The position numbers were made by a program, and so were the translations under genes. From Podarcis melisellensis (lineage: Eukaryota), in assembly GCA_964234715.1 (NCBI GenBank), contig OZ174279.1: DNA of 64,000 nucleotides; one strand, 5' to 3'. This document shows positions 50,336 through 63,423 of this stretch, one piece after another. Position 1 is the first letter of the stretch. The number at the start of each line of letters is the position of its first letter. The notes under the pieces were generated by a model that had not been told where the DNA came from, searched no databases, and worked only from the letters and a program-made list of their open reading frames with translations.

Positions 50336-51299
50336 CCTTCTCTTTTTAAATAATGACCTTGTGTCCCCTCATTTTACAGCTTGTGCAAAATCCTCACCTT
50401 TCAGATCAAATCCATCCTAACAACTCCAGTGGCCTCCCATGCCATGTATATCAATAGGATCACACAAAATGTCAAAAGGAATTACCTCAGCTGAGGTATC
50501 ACACAAGGGAGAACCTGGGAGACTTACTTGGATTTGATACAGCTATTTGCTTTAGGATGTCATTGTAGCTGCTTGTTCTGTGCTGAATGCGTGTAAAGAA
50601 GCCCGTGACAAGCTTTTGAAGTTTACATCTTCTTTTAAAACTCTGGGGAAGAGAGGGGAGGCGACACATAACCGAAGAACCACCACAAGCTTAGTCACCA
50701 AAATAGGTTTAGATATGGCGTTCTGTGTGTCATCCTGACAAGCGGCTGGTTCTCAGAGGAAACTCAGAGCAGTGTCTCCAAAGAGGCCTTTAACAAATCA
50801 AGGCACTGCATTCCTGGCCCCCAAGTATTTCAGAAAGCCCAGCCTCCGCAAGCAGACAACAGCTGGCAGGAATGGCGGTGGGAGGGTGGGATGCCCGTCT
50901 GAGTAAATCAAACTGTCAAACTGCAACAACGGATGTTTCAGCAATCAAGCCCGCCTGTAAGCAAATAATTGTGGGCCAACACCTGGTTTTCCTACTGCCT
51001 AAGATGCCTGCCACAGGCACTTTAGACACAGAGCCCCATGTTATAAAGCGGAGCAAATATTTATTTTAAAAATATCACTCACACACACCTCAAAATGAAT
51101 TTTCTTCTCCCCCTCCCACAACTTGTCTCAAGGGTCGGGGAAGCCTGAATGCAGATATTTACAGTATTTTGCCAGCATCAAATACTTTGCCACAGGAGAA
51201 AATGAGAAAGAGTCAGGTAGTCCCATAAGACCAGAATCCACAAAGCCTCATTTTGGGTAATTAATTGGAGACTGAGAATATAAAGATGGCTTATAGTCC

Positions 51300-51447
51300 N
51301 NNNNNNNNNNNNNNNNNNNNNNNNNNNNNNNNNNNNNNNNNNNNNNNNNNNNNNNNNNNNNNNNNNNNNNNNNNNNNNNNNNNNNNNNNNNNNNNNNNNN
51401 NNNNNNNNNNNNNNNNNNNNNNNNNNNNNNNNNNNNNNNNNNNNNNN
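51300..51447. other. Assembly gap (148 N)
   Basis: Run of N. Confidence 1.
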
Positions 51448-52069
51448 CACCCTGTCATCTGTAGGAAATCTTGTCCCATTTCTATGGAATGAGGAATGCT
51501 CAACATTCTAATCTTTTCTAATTGTTGCAAAAGAGTGTTGCATAAGCAGCTGACAGGGGAAAATTTCAAATGAGCATGCTCAGCCTCCTTTGTAAAAGCC
51601 CTTTTCTTTTGTGTTTGTAAATTACTCTTTGGGTTTACTGTGTTGACACTGAAGGCCTTTCCAGATTATCTATGTTGTGCAAGAGGGGTAAGATCCAGAT
51701 TCGGTTTTCAGTAATAAAATTACTGTGGTGGTGGAAGAAGGACCTGCTGAAGAAAACTTACATATTATTATTTAACACATTTGGGGCTGCGTGTGTGAAG
51801 GTGGGGTTTGTGTGCAGTTAGCATCTCCCAAGTCATGTGCTGCTGACATGGCTTTCAGGCATTTTTTTATCTCTACTCAAAAGTGCTTCTTTGCTGCATG
51901 GTACCAGCTGATTCAGAATCATATATCAAACATGATAGCATCATGGTGCCCCACAGCGAGTTGGATTTGATTACATTAGTGATTACATTGCCCTGACTTT
52001 GGATGAGGGGGGGGGGGCAGGGAGAATAGGGAATACATCCCTATTGCCCAAGCAATGTTCATTGGCACT

Positions 52070-52462
52070 GTTATTTCATTGCCCACTAAAGCCACAACGA
52101 TCCTTTAAATTTTGCACTTCTCTTAATTTTAAGAGTTCTCTAACAAAAATAATGTGTACACAACTGCATATCTTAGGGGAAAGTGTACATAAACATGCAT
52201 ATTTTGGTGGCGTTAAAAAAATAAATTGCATTAGTGGGAAATTGCTTCCCAAAATGCCATTAGACAAAATTGCATACAAAGTGTACATGTTAGAAAAGTG
52301 TGCACTAAAGTGCCAATGAATTTTTGTGCAGATTTTAAAATAATTATAATTGCAAACTCATGCAGAAATGTTGCAAACTGAATTTAAGATTGTCTTTCAG
52401 TTTCATATTTTTCCAAACAGATTGCAAACGATTTTCATAATTGACAGATCTAGCCATCCCTT
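52070..52462 (-). mobile_element. Second copy of the AT-rich MITE family at 2016-2408
   Basis: tcctttaaattttgcacttctc approximates the reverse complement of the 2328-2349 block; degenerate aaaatgtgtacat-like repeats; ends ccatccct. Confidence 0.5.
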
Positions 52463-55400
52463 GCCATAGCCCACACTAAGGAAACACGTGAAAATCATTT
52501 GCAATCTGTCTTTTGTATTATTAAAACTAATTGATGATAACATATCTTCAAAATAGTTAACTTGTGGTCAAGCAATACTAGTTTGACCACTGGGAAAAAC
52601 TTTAATGACCTCCACGTAATATGAGACAACTGGTACAGAAGTTATCAGATTCCATCTGGATATATTTATGTATCTTTCTTGTTCTTTGTAATGCACAGGT
52701 AAAAAACAAATCCGTTTGAGACTCCCCACCTCCTGATATATTCTTCTTGGGACTTAGAAGCAGCATTGCTCTAGTTGGGCAAGTTATCTCTGTGATTCTG
52801 TTTTGAATGACGTGCATAATTAGACAGGGAAGATGTACGGTTAATCCATTTAAAGGTGTAAAGAAGTCCATTTAATGAACATTATAGTCCTATTAGACTT
52901 AGAAACATCGAACTCTTTTATTGAATAAAAAGTTCAATGAGATTAACTTCTCTTAGTTGGTTTTAAAGAATAATCAAACATGTCCTACTCTGATAGTGTA
53001 CTACTATTTCTTAGTGCATGAATTCTGCATACCAATGTCTTCAATGCAGGAGCGTAAGAATGAAACTGGGTGACATTATATTTCAGTTAAATAATTACAA
53101 ATTAAAGAGGATCACTTCTACATTCTATACTTACTATAGTATGATAAGACGCTGAACTCCTTGAACTTGTAATTATATAACCGAAATGTTAATCTCCCGG
53201 TTTGGTATTCCATTTGACTGCATTAACTATATTCTTACAATTATCAAGTTTACTCCCTGACACACAGACTCTTCTATGGGGGGGACCTATTATTTGATCA
53301 TATCAGATTCTGACCATAAATACTGTAATGGAATTCTGTTGTCCAATCTTGCACTGCCACATAGCATTTAATGGCGGTTGCCTATTATTCGCCATTTGTT
53401 AACTGAAGAAGCAGTGTGGGGGGACTTGGTGCAAATTACTGATTATTATTTTTTTCAATTTGCAATGCTAAATAAGCTCTCATTATTTCAGCAGCTTTAC
53501 CCTGTTTGAAAAAGATGGTGGGAAATTATAGCTGTCAATGTTTAAGTTGAGCATTGTCTAAGTCTCTGGGAATTTAATTTTAAATAGATGTGTTTTAGGC
53601 AGTTTTCGTCTGAGTAGAAAGTCATTAGCTCCGACCACAAACTCTTAAGCCTATCTTCTTTTTCCAGAACATTATAATATTAGCTCTTGACTTCAGTAAG
53701 TTGGAAATACAATGTCTGTGTTCTTCTCTTCTTTAAAACATGAGGCTTTTTATGGTTGGCCTCTACAAGTTCCAATAAATTCAAAGTGTGCATAGGATTG
53801 GAGCCCCAGTCTCAGGTTAGATGACTTTTCCCAACAGTCATTTGGCTATATACAAAGACATGATCCATTCCGCCAAGACACTACCTGCTTACTGCAAAAA
53901 GAAGGATGTGCCTTAATCTCCAACCCTCCAGCCAGATGGATGAGGATGGGCATCAACTTGATAAGTAAGAAATAAACAAATCAAGCATTTGACTTGGATT
54001 GTGATCATCTACCTCCAAGGGAAAATGTGTTTTGACAGTTTCAGGTAGAGATGCCTTCTTCTCCAGTACTGAAAACCTTCATTCCTGACAGTTAAACTAT
54101 TTTGCTGTTCAGATTGGGGGTGGGGGTGGGCTTTACTACTAATTTCTGTGCTCTGTTCAATATGACTTGCTCAACTTAAATACATCAGACTTTTGTCATT
54201 TTGTGGTTTGTAAAGCAAGCACTAGAAGATAAAGAATCAATGGAATCCTGTCTAAGGTACTGCATTACCCAAAGGGATTTAGAACATAACAAGGCTTTGG
54301 GCTCATCCACACTTAACTTTGCTCTGTATTTATAGGTCCATGTTGGAGCGCTTCCCACCCTTGGCTTTTGCTCCATGAAAATCTGCTCTTTACTGCTGAA
54401 TCGGAGCAAACAGCAATCCTCAGAAAGCTTGAATTGCCATTGGTTCTGATCCAGCGTGCGTGTGCAAACACACACACACACACACACTGTATATCCTTTC
54501 AAAATTTAGCTAGAACTAACTGTCATGTGCAGAAGAGTACATTTTCCTTTGCACTTTTTTCATTTGAGGTTGTGAGGACTAAGTTTGGATAATTTGAATG
54601 TTTGAGAACTGGGAAGGTTTTGGTCCTCATTTCAAGTAAAGGCTAAAGTGTGTGTTTTTTTTAAAAGCAAACGGAAAGGACCAGCTATTTGTAAATTAAA
54701 TCAATCCCTTGGAAGGGACAAAAGGCTCCGCTGATAATTCTGAGCATTCATAAATGAATGTACCTAGTGAGTCTACTTAAAAACAACATCCTTCTAATCT
54801 CGGCTATCTTGTAAAACACACATTCACACACAACCTGCCATCCTCCTTAAATTTGTAGCAGCACTTGAAGATCAATATATCTTGATTTGGTTTATGGAGC
54901 CTGCTTAGATACAGTATCATAAGAGAGCAGATTGGGAAAGGCTGCTTCTTAACCATTAGAGATAAAGCTATGGGGGGAACAGGCTTAAACTCTGTCAGTA
55001 GAATATACAGCTGTAAGATTAGGGGGAGATAAATTCTTATTGCTTAAGAGCATACACTGCTCTCGTGCTCCTGGAGGAGGACGGAAAAGTTATTAGATAT
55101 GAAATTAATTCCGTAGCACCTGGAATTTCACCAGGCTAAGCTAATCACTTTATCTTCACCCCCTAACACATTTATCCACCTACTAATTCTTTACCTAATT
55201 AGAGAGAAATTTTGGAGCAATGCTGGTCAGGAAGGTAAGGATTAGGGTTAAGAAAACACTTGTATTTGAAACCCACCGCCTCCCCTGGTCAGTGTGAAAG
55301 ATCCTTTAAGAAACTCCCACCCTAGCTAATCCATGACCCACAGCAGGGAGGAGTGTTAACAATTTAGTTTAAAACTCGCACTCCCAGACAAATGCATCAA

Positions 55401-56873
55401 AAACAGCTTTTCTTCTTTGATTTATAGGTATTAGTTGTTTTTCCAAGGCCCATTAAAGACTCTTCATCATGTACTTGCAAGGGGCATTAAGCACAAAAAA
55501 GTTGTTCCCAGCTCTATATTATTCAAAGGCAATTTACACTAATTATTGGAATCCATGGTGTTACCCATATTAGCAGAATGAGCCATCCCAGCAGGCTAAG
55601 AGTACTTTTAAAATGCTAATTTATTGGGGAGGTACAAAAAAAATGGGCTTGGAAGAAAGTGTGATTTCCCCCCTCCCCCAGTTAAATCCCAAATGTTTGT
55701 CACACTGAAATAAAACATGCTTGTTTGAAGAGAGAGTTACATTTATTGACGACAGAGTGTGCCACCTATAAAAAGAGTTAGCAGAAATATAGCAATGTGA
55801 CCTTCCTATATTAGAAAAAACACTTGTAAAACATGTTTGCTGTAAAATATATACTCTGGATCACTGACTTATAAGTCTTTAGGCACAAAAACAATAATGG
55901 TTCTCTATCCCTTGATTTGCCAAATAGATATATATCTATAAAAATGTGAAGTGGAAGCTATTCTCCAATAGGGAACAAGGTAGAGAACTGCTGCATGGGT
56001 TGAGATTGCAATTTTCCCTGCATGAGCAAGTAACACTACTTGACACAGGAGTTTTTACATATGTTATGGTATAACTTGTTAATAGAAATCAGTGTGTATC
56101 AACCTTTCCTACACTGGGGGTTATTCTGTCTTTTTTGCTGACTCTCTTCTTTCCAGAAACAACATTGCCCTTAAATGCAAACTGGATTGTTAAAATTGAA
56201 TGTTAAGAATTTAAATTAATAAATAGTTATACATTTTTAGTCATTAAAAAAAAATCTTTAAAAACACAGATGTGAAGTTTTGTAGCTTTGCAAATAACCA
56301 GATTAAAACAAAAACAAAATAGTTTTGTATAGATTTTAAAGGTAGGTTGATAATTAGTACCTGTGATCATCTGAATATGTAGATAAATCTTATTCATTCT
56401 TGACAATCAACTAAGACTTCCGTGGTGGGTGAGTCAGCAACGTTTGAGTCCCATTTTCGAAACATAACTACTGTATATTGTAAGCAATATGAACAAACAA
56501 CAATTTTCTGATGCAAGATAATTCAAAATAAGCAACAATAAAAGTGAAACTCATATTTTACTTGTTTGTTATGGTTAAGATCAGGCCTCTTGCTCTCCTT
56601 ATGCTTGGTAGCATCTGAGAAATCTCAACAGATGGTGTCATTGCAAACAGCAGTCAATGAAGTAGATCGGGAATATTCTCATTGACATGACATCATGCCA
56701 CACACTGAGATATGCTAGACCTGAATTACGTCACACCGTAAGGAACGGGCACAGGTGCTGTAGCAAACTGAATCAAATTTATAAAAGGATACGGGGTAAA
56801 ATGGCACCCATTTAGCTAAGAACTAAAAGCCAGAGCCTATGATCCCAGGCAAGGCATTTTTTTCAGCTGGAAC

Positions 56874-57020
56874 CAGTGGCGTAGCGTGGGGGGTGCAGGG
56901 GGGGCCGGCCGCACCGGGCGCAACATCTGGGGGTTAGGGTTAGGGGGCGCAAATCCACGGGTTAGGGAGTGCAAATTACTTGCCTTGCCCCAGGTGCTGA
57001 CAACCCACGCTACGCCACTG
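56874..57020 (+). mobile_element. Telomeric-motif hAT MITE, copy 3 (2 internal units)
   Basis: Perfect 17-bp TIR; perfect TSD gctggaac (56866-56873, 57021-57028). Confidence 0.95.
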
Positions 57021-57077
57021 GCTGGAACTCACTGGGACCCAGTTCTGGTATCTCTCAGGTGTGTGCCATCGCCATTA

Positions 57078-57309
57078 CAGTCAAACCTCGGTTCCCAAAA
57101 ACCTCTGTTATCGTACATTTCGGCTCCCAAACCCTGAAGTAAATGTTCCAGTTTTTGAACGTTTTTTGGAACCCGAACATCCAACGCAGCTTCCACTTGA
57201 GTGTGAGAAGATCTTGCAACCAACCAGAAACCACCCCTTGGTTGTCAAACGTTTCAGAAGTCAAACGGTCTTCCGGAACGGATTGTGTTTGATAACTGAG
57301 GTTTGACTG
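57078..57309. mobile_element. Tc1/mariner (Tigger-like) MITE nested in a hAT MITE
   Basis: TIR cagtcaaacctcggtt / aactgaggtttgactg; TA duplication at 57076-77 and 57310-11. Confidence 0.92.
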
Positions 57310-59945
57310 TATAAGAGAACAAGGCAGGTGTTCACGGTGAGTTCCGGCACCTCTTTTTCTAGAAAAAAAAGCACTGATTCTAGGAGGAATAGTCATGCAT
57401 GTCCCACAACCAAGTTTAAAACAATAAATCTCTTTTTGGTTTGGTCCAGGGCCTCTTGCATATTTCAGGTCATCTCACTTTCAGTCCTCATTTTCATCAT
57501 GTTCATGGTACTCGTGTGTGTGTGTGTGTGTGTGTAGTTCATCTCTGGTAAATCTGGAAGTTTTCCCCATTTCCCAACATCAGGTGTCTGAGTGTGGCTT
57601 TTGGATTAAAAAAATTATTGCAGTGGCAGTATTTTAGCCGATGAAGCCAGTGGGGCAGCCCAAGACATTTAGCAGCCTATGATGAACACCAGTGATGGAA
57701 AAGCATTCTCCGCAGCTCCATGATTTTCCAAGAACCCTTCCAGACATCCTTTTTATTGTGCAATCATTATGATTTGTGCTATCAGAAACCCCACTTTCAA
57801 TACCGTTTGCAACTGCAAACTTTGGGGCCAGTTACCGTACACTGTTTCATTTCCATTCAGTGCATTTCCCATAACTTCCTGCTGAAATCTAGTAACTTTT
57901 TTTTTATCCTGCAAATGTTCTAGTTTATTTATTTGTCTCACTTTCATTATGCTACAGCCCCTCTGGGCAGCCCTGGGGGAAGCATTGTGGAACAAACTAA
58001 AGTGGAATAAATCTGCCACTAATGCACTATTGTTGTGTCAGGTACATGTTGCAGGATGCACACACACACAAAAACAACAGACTGAAGGGGCCATAAGACC
58101 AAGAAGAACAAATCTATAAAGGATGCAAATTTAACTGGGTGTTAGAGGTTAGAAGTTAGTACAGAAAATGCCCAGTGGTCTATGAAGAGACATCATTTTT
58201 TACCACATGTTTCTGTGCTAAACCTTAGCATTGCAATAGTTTGTAATAACGAGTTCAAATTAAGGCTGCAAACCTATGTATCTGGAAGCCCTATTTTACT
58301 TCTGAGTAAACATGCATAGGCTTGGGCGTCAAGTCCTATAATGCAGACTTATAGCAATTTCTCTTTTTCTGGCATCTGTCTCAGAACCTTCAGTAGAAGA
58401 AGGGTGGGGAGGTATATATATATATATATATACCTATATATATCTATCTCCTTCCTGACCTCTAGGGATGAAGAAACAAATTACCGTACTCATGTATTAT
58501 GCAAATCAGTTTCTGCATCTATTCATCATTTATTTTTATAAAAACATGAAGGGGAAAAAAGAATGAGTGCTGCTGGATTTATCAATGAAAGCTTACGGAC
58601 CACTATGTGCTACAGCAACATCAAGCCAATCTTTGTATTTGAGCAGAGAGATGGGGGGACGGGGACTTCAGAATATTGTTTTGCTGCCATTGGGATCACA
58701 CAGCAGCTGTGCATTATGTATGCGATGCTATTGGCACCAGGCTGCTCTCATTCTAATTAATACAAGTCAGGCTTAATCAGTGGGAGGAGGAAGAAACAGC
58801 AAAACACACACACACACACACACACACAATCCCAACCCACCCAATCCTGAATGAGAAAAATCCAGATCTTCTCACAATTGCCTATTGCAATGCACAGTGC
58901 CAGCTCATCTGCATAATATTAGAGGTACCAAATATGCAAACAGATGTTTCTCTCATTAAATGGTATATGCAAATAATATGGGTAGGAGTGGTAATGTTGT
59001 TTTAGGGTTGAGAGGTCACCGGGGGTAATTAAAGGTTAATCCAGTTTTCAGTTCACAGAATGTAAGACATGAGTGGCTGTGAAGAGAAATTGTCACTTAA
59101 CCTTCAATTCATTACCAACAGGCACATGGATCTTCGACTGAAATAACATAAACATATATGCATTTATCCATTATCCACTGTCTAGGCAGGGTGCATCTCA
59201 CCGGCAATAGCTCAAAATGATTTGTTGTTATGAATCTAGTTAAGTAGGTGCTGGAATGCATTAATTAGGCAAACTGGAATTTGATCAGAAATTCTCAGAC
59301 CCCAATCTAATGTTGTAATCTCATTAAACATATTTCAATAGCTTTGAGATCTTGTCAAACGTTAATAGAAAACCGTCTGAAGTGGTTGCAGAACCATCCC
59401 CTTCCCTAAGATAATTAAAATTCTACCATTTCAGGTGCCGGGCTGTGGCAACCGCCTGAAAGTTGGAGGCAAACGGGAGCCAGCAGGCTGCCAATCAGCA
59501 CTTCTCCTCTGAGTGCCCTGCCAGGCAGATTGAAAGCAGTAAACATTTTAGCACTTAGAACGAGGTTCAGCTCGCCAGATGAAGTTTTTCCCACTTCTTC
59601 CTCCTAGGAGAAAATAAAGTGATAAGTGTTTTGCACGGCAGTCGGCTCCACTTCTGCCTCAGTGCGGGCAGCGAGGGGGAAAAGGTGGGATCAAGAGCAC
59701 TGTAAACACCATCAGATACAGGTGGGAAGAGTTTCTGCAACACACAGGGGGAAAGGTTGATGACTTTCCTGGAAAACATATCTATATGTTCCTGTCAGAC
59801 ACCTCCTTAGCACCGTTTGGTCTGCCTGCGAGAGGTCAGAGTCGTTTTCTTTGAATCTCAGGTAAGAAGCCAAAAACAGATCCATTCGCCAACACACCAT
59901 GCACAACATCTATTTATTCTGTGGCCTATGTGCCAAAATCTAAGC

Positions 59946-60066
59946 CAGCCTTCACCAAACTGCTGCTCTCCACAGGTTTTAGGCTACAACCCATGACAGC
60001 CCCAGCTAGAGTCTTGCTGGAGTTGTCTTCCCAAACATCTGGAGGGCATGAAGTTGGAGAAGGCTA
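59946..60066. mobile_element. Old palindromic hAT MITE
   Basis: cagccttcaccaa / ttggagaaggcta; TSD atctaagc / atccaagc. Confidence 0.75.
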
Positions 60067-60129
60067 ATCCAAGCTCTAAGAAGCACATGAGATAAAATAT
60101 GGAATGGTTAACATGCCTTAGGCAGGGAA

Positions 60130-60336
60130 GCCATGAAGATTATGCTTCGTCCCCTATGGTTAGAGGCAAGAATGCTTCTGTATACCAGTTGATGGAAGCT
60201 GCAGGAGAGAGGAGGGCTTTTGTTCTCTTGTCCTGCTTGCTCGTTTCCCACATGTATTTGGTTGGCCACTGTCAATACAGAATGCTGGACTACATGGGCC
60301 ATTGGCTGGATCCAGTAAGCTCTTCTCACATTCTTA
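60130..60336 (+). mobile_element. CR1-like LINE 3' UTR fragment
   Basis: 3' end cagaatgctggactacatgggccattggctggatccag...tctta; a related end at 23975-24040. Confidence 0.6.
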
Positions 60337-60528
60337 GGAAGGAATGGACTGCAAATGGAAGGGGTATCTTAATTATTCTTGTTTTTAGTATTTGGCCAAA
60401 ACCTCAACCAAATTGCACCCCTGTATCATGATACCTCTAGTCCTGTTTTCTTTGTTGTATGGTGAAGAATGTACTGTGCAGTCAGTGGAACATTGTTATC
60501 TTACCATCTGGGGAGGGGCTTCTGTCAT

Positions 60529-60532
<4 letters not shown>

Positions 60533-60563
<31 letters not shown>
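60533..60563 (+). repeat. (CA)n microsatellite
   Basis: About 15 units; shorter CA/GT runs at 54468, 57514, 58804. Confidence 0.95.
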
Positions 60564-60565
<2 letters not shown>

Positions 60566-61163
60566 ATATTTCTATATATCAACATGGGACATCACCCCTG
60601 ATGAGTGCAGGTTGCATTAGCCATTCCTGGTATGTTCTGGAACATCTTGTAGGGAAGACACACAAAGTGTATCGCAGTGGCTACTTCTTTTAGCTTTTGA
60701 GTCTTATTTACAACTTGATTTTTTCAGGTATGGGGATAGGTCTCGCTCCTATGGGAACAATTGTGAGCTAATATATATAATTCAGGTGCAATTTTTTAAA
60801 AAGTCATCTTTAATCTTCAGGCTACCTTGAAGATCTTTGGCTTTCAAATTAACAGTGTTCATGCTACCACATCTAAGGAGAGTGGAACAGGTATAAAAAT
60901 AATAAGACCTGGAGTTTTGCACATCTAATTGCTGCAATTTATTAGGGAAACAAAACAGAGAAGAGATCTTCCCTGGCTTCAGCCATATCCGAGGGGATTA
61001 ATTTGTCACTCTTCAAAAACAACTCATTGGAGGAATACCCTCTTTGATTCTTTATTCTCACATTAATTAGGAGTAATAAGAACACTAGATACACTTGGTG
61101 CTTAAAAATTAGGAGCAATAAATCTGCCATACATCTCAAGAGGGGGAAAAAAAACAAAGATAT

Positions 61164-61166
<3 letters not shown>

Positions 61167-61207
<41 letters not shown>
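61167..61207 (+). repeat. (GA)n microsatellite
   Basis: About 20 units. Confidence 0.95.
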
Positions 61208-61210
<3 letters not shown>

Positions 61211-61584
61211 GAACCTGACAATCTCAAATGTACATGGTTGTTTTAAAAAGTTGTAGCATTTATAAAGAGACAGGATGGTTTCAAAATGAATCTGGTGCCC
61301 TTAAATTAATAATATTGCCTTAAAACAATCTAGTGTCAGGAACAAAGAAAGTTGGAGACGGAGCAACTGAGGTTTTAATAGAATGGAAGAGGCAGAAATC
61401 TCATATTCCTGGTGCACACGTACAAATATTATGGTACTGACTGTGGAGTGCTACCTTGCAGGAGCAGTTTTCATTGGCATTCACATGAAAACTATAACCT
61501 ATGACTGAATCATTGTGTATGAGCCCAAGGAAGCCAATAGGAGCATCAGGGCCTTGAATTATTATTGTGGTGTCTTAGGCGGCA

Positions 61585-61736
61585 AGGTCCACAGTGCAGT
61601 GGAAGGGCATCTCTTTGGCATGCACAAAGGTACCAGGCTCAGTCTCCAGCATCTCCAGGTAGGGCTCAGAGAGACCCGTCTGAAATCCTGAAGAGCTACT
61701 GCAATACTGAACAAAATGAATTAGTTGTCTGACTCG
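61585..61736 (+). mobile_element. Degenerate Squam2-like SINE
   Basis: cagtggaagggcatctctttggcatgca...cagcatctccaggtagggct...tgaaatcctgaagagc...tctgactc. Confidence 0.65.
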
Positions 61737-63269
61737 GTTGCTGTTTTGAAGGGGAGGGTAAACATAATCAGTTCACTTCGTTTGTATGACATCCATTCGC
61801 TCCATTCCCACAGGTCACTGGGTCGCTATGATTGTGGGGCTCGTTGTTGATTCAAAGCACTGAGTTATGCAACTCAATGGATGGTATGAATCTAACAAGG
61901 CAACCCATGGCCAAGATCCTCCATACCTGCCCATTGACCATGCTGGCTGAAGCTGATGAAAGTTGGAGTCCAGCAACAACTGAAGGGCCAGAGGCTCCTC
62001 ATGTACACTGACTGGAAGCAGCTTTGCAGGCTTTCCGGCTTTCCCAGGCATATATGGAGATGCTGGCCCTTGAACTTCATGCAGACCAGGTATGTACTCT
62101 ATCCTTTCTTGGTTGCCAGTATAAAACTATCAGCAAACATTGGCCAATAGCAGGAATGTCCATCATCTCCTCATACCTCAGGTGTCATGGCCACTGGTAA
62201 GCTCCAGTTTGGAGGGTCCGTTTTGGGGGAATATACTCTGTTCCCACTACTTCCATTACTTTTGCCGATTGTAAGACGAAGCTGTGACTTGTCCGTTTCC
62301 CTGCTCCAAAGCACGGTTGTGCATCTTCTACACTATTTCACCATCTGAACAAAATCTTTGTATTTGGAAACTTCTTGGTTATTCTGAATGTGGAAAGATA
62401 GTAAACGGTTCACAAGAACAGCATTATGCTGACTTAATGGCAACGGCATGAAAGTGGGTATATAATATTTATTACGCTTTGGACCCCTGCTCCATCCCAT
62501 CAGCATGCTGCTACACCCGCTAACAGGTACAGACGAGTAGCAAGGCTGAGGCTCTTTACTTTCTGTGCAACTGGGACAGCTGGTGAGTAGAGGAAGGAGA
62601 CTTGCTGATCAACAGGGCCACACAGACAGTGGTGGAAAAGGAGATTGCAGCTTGACAGTCAAGCTGAGTCAACTGACTTGCAGAGCCAATAATGGCTCTG
62701 CTGGCTTTACATAACATTGCTCCAGGCATAGCTCTGTGGTCAAAGCAGCTCCTCCTGGTGCCTTGCATACTTCCAGAACCAGATCTTTGATGTCTCTTGA
62801 ATTCCACTACCTGCCTTTGACCCCTTTGTATCCCTTTGAACTGACCCCCGCCTGCCCCGCCCCAGCTGACTGCTTGCAGCTCTGAACCTACCAGGCAGTT
62901 CTTCAGCCTGGCTGTGGCCCTGAGCGCTTGTTTTAGAATAAGTTCTTCCCCTCCTTGGGTTATTAGTACCTTCTTGGGAATCCCAGTATAACCTAGAGGA
63001 TTCTAGAGGACAGAACCGAGAAAAGTAGTTTGCAGAGCCAGCATCATGCCCATCTTGTGACACTGGTTGGGGAAAGCACTTCCCCACACAGAAGACATTG
63101 GCATGGTGAGAGCTCCCCCTTGTGTTTGAAAACATAAATTCTTGTCACACTGGAAGCATATTGTTTCATTCCTGCATGAAGCATAGTGTACCCAGCCTCT
63201 CGTGGCAAAAGTCTTTGGGCCACACTTCTTGGTGGGGAAACAGGCTTCCTTAAAGAAATGAAAGCAGCT

Positions 63270-63418
63270 ACACATTTCCATGGTAAAAGCATACGCACGG
63301 CAAACACAAGGTTCCAGGTTGAATCCCTGGCATCTCCAGGCAGGCATTGGAAACATTTGTCTGGAACCTAGGAAGCCACTGCCAGCCACATTACTGAGCT
63401 AGAGAGACCAACGGCTTT
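63270..63418 (+). mobile_element. Degenerate Squam2-like SINE
   Basis: aaggttccaggttgaatccctggcatctccagg...ctgccagcc...actgagctaga. Confidence 0.65.
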
Positions 63419-63423
63419 ACCTG

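Larger units (their letters stand above)
56850..57376 (+). mobile_element. hAT MITE host (same family as 16291-16415) with two nested insertions
   Basis: Removing 56874-57028 and 57078-57311 restores a sequence colinear with 16291-16415; flanks atcccagg / attctagg. Confidence 0.88.

Noticed and set aside
50475-50490. Perfect 16-bp palindrome tacctcagctgaggta
   Set aside because: Isolated; a single 8-bp-arm palindrome is roughly expected by chance in 64 kb.
59799-59867. Strong donor cag|gtaaga near 59861
   Set aside because: No supported coding frame or partner exons.
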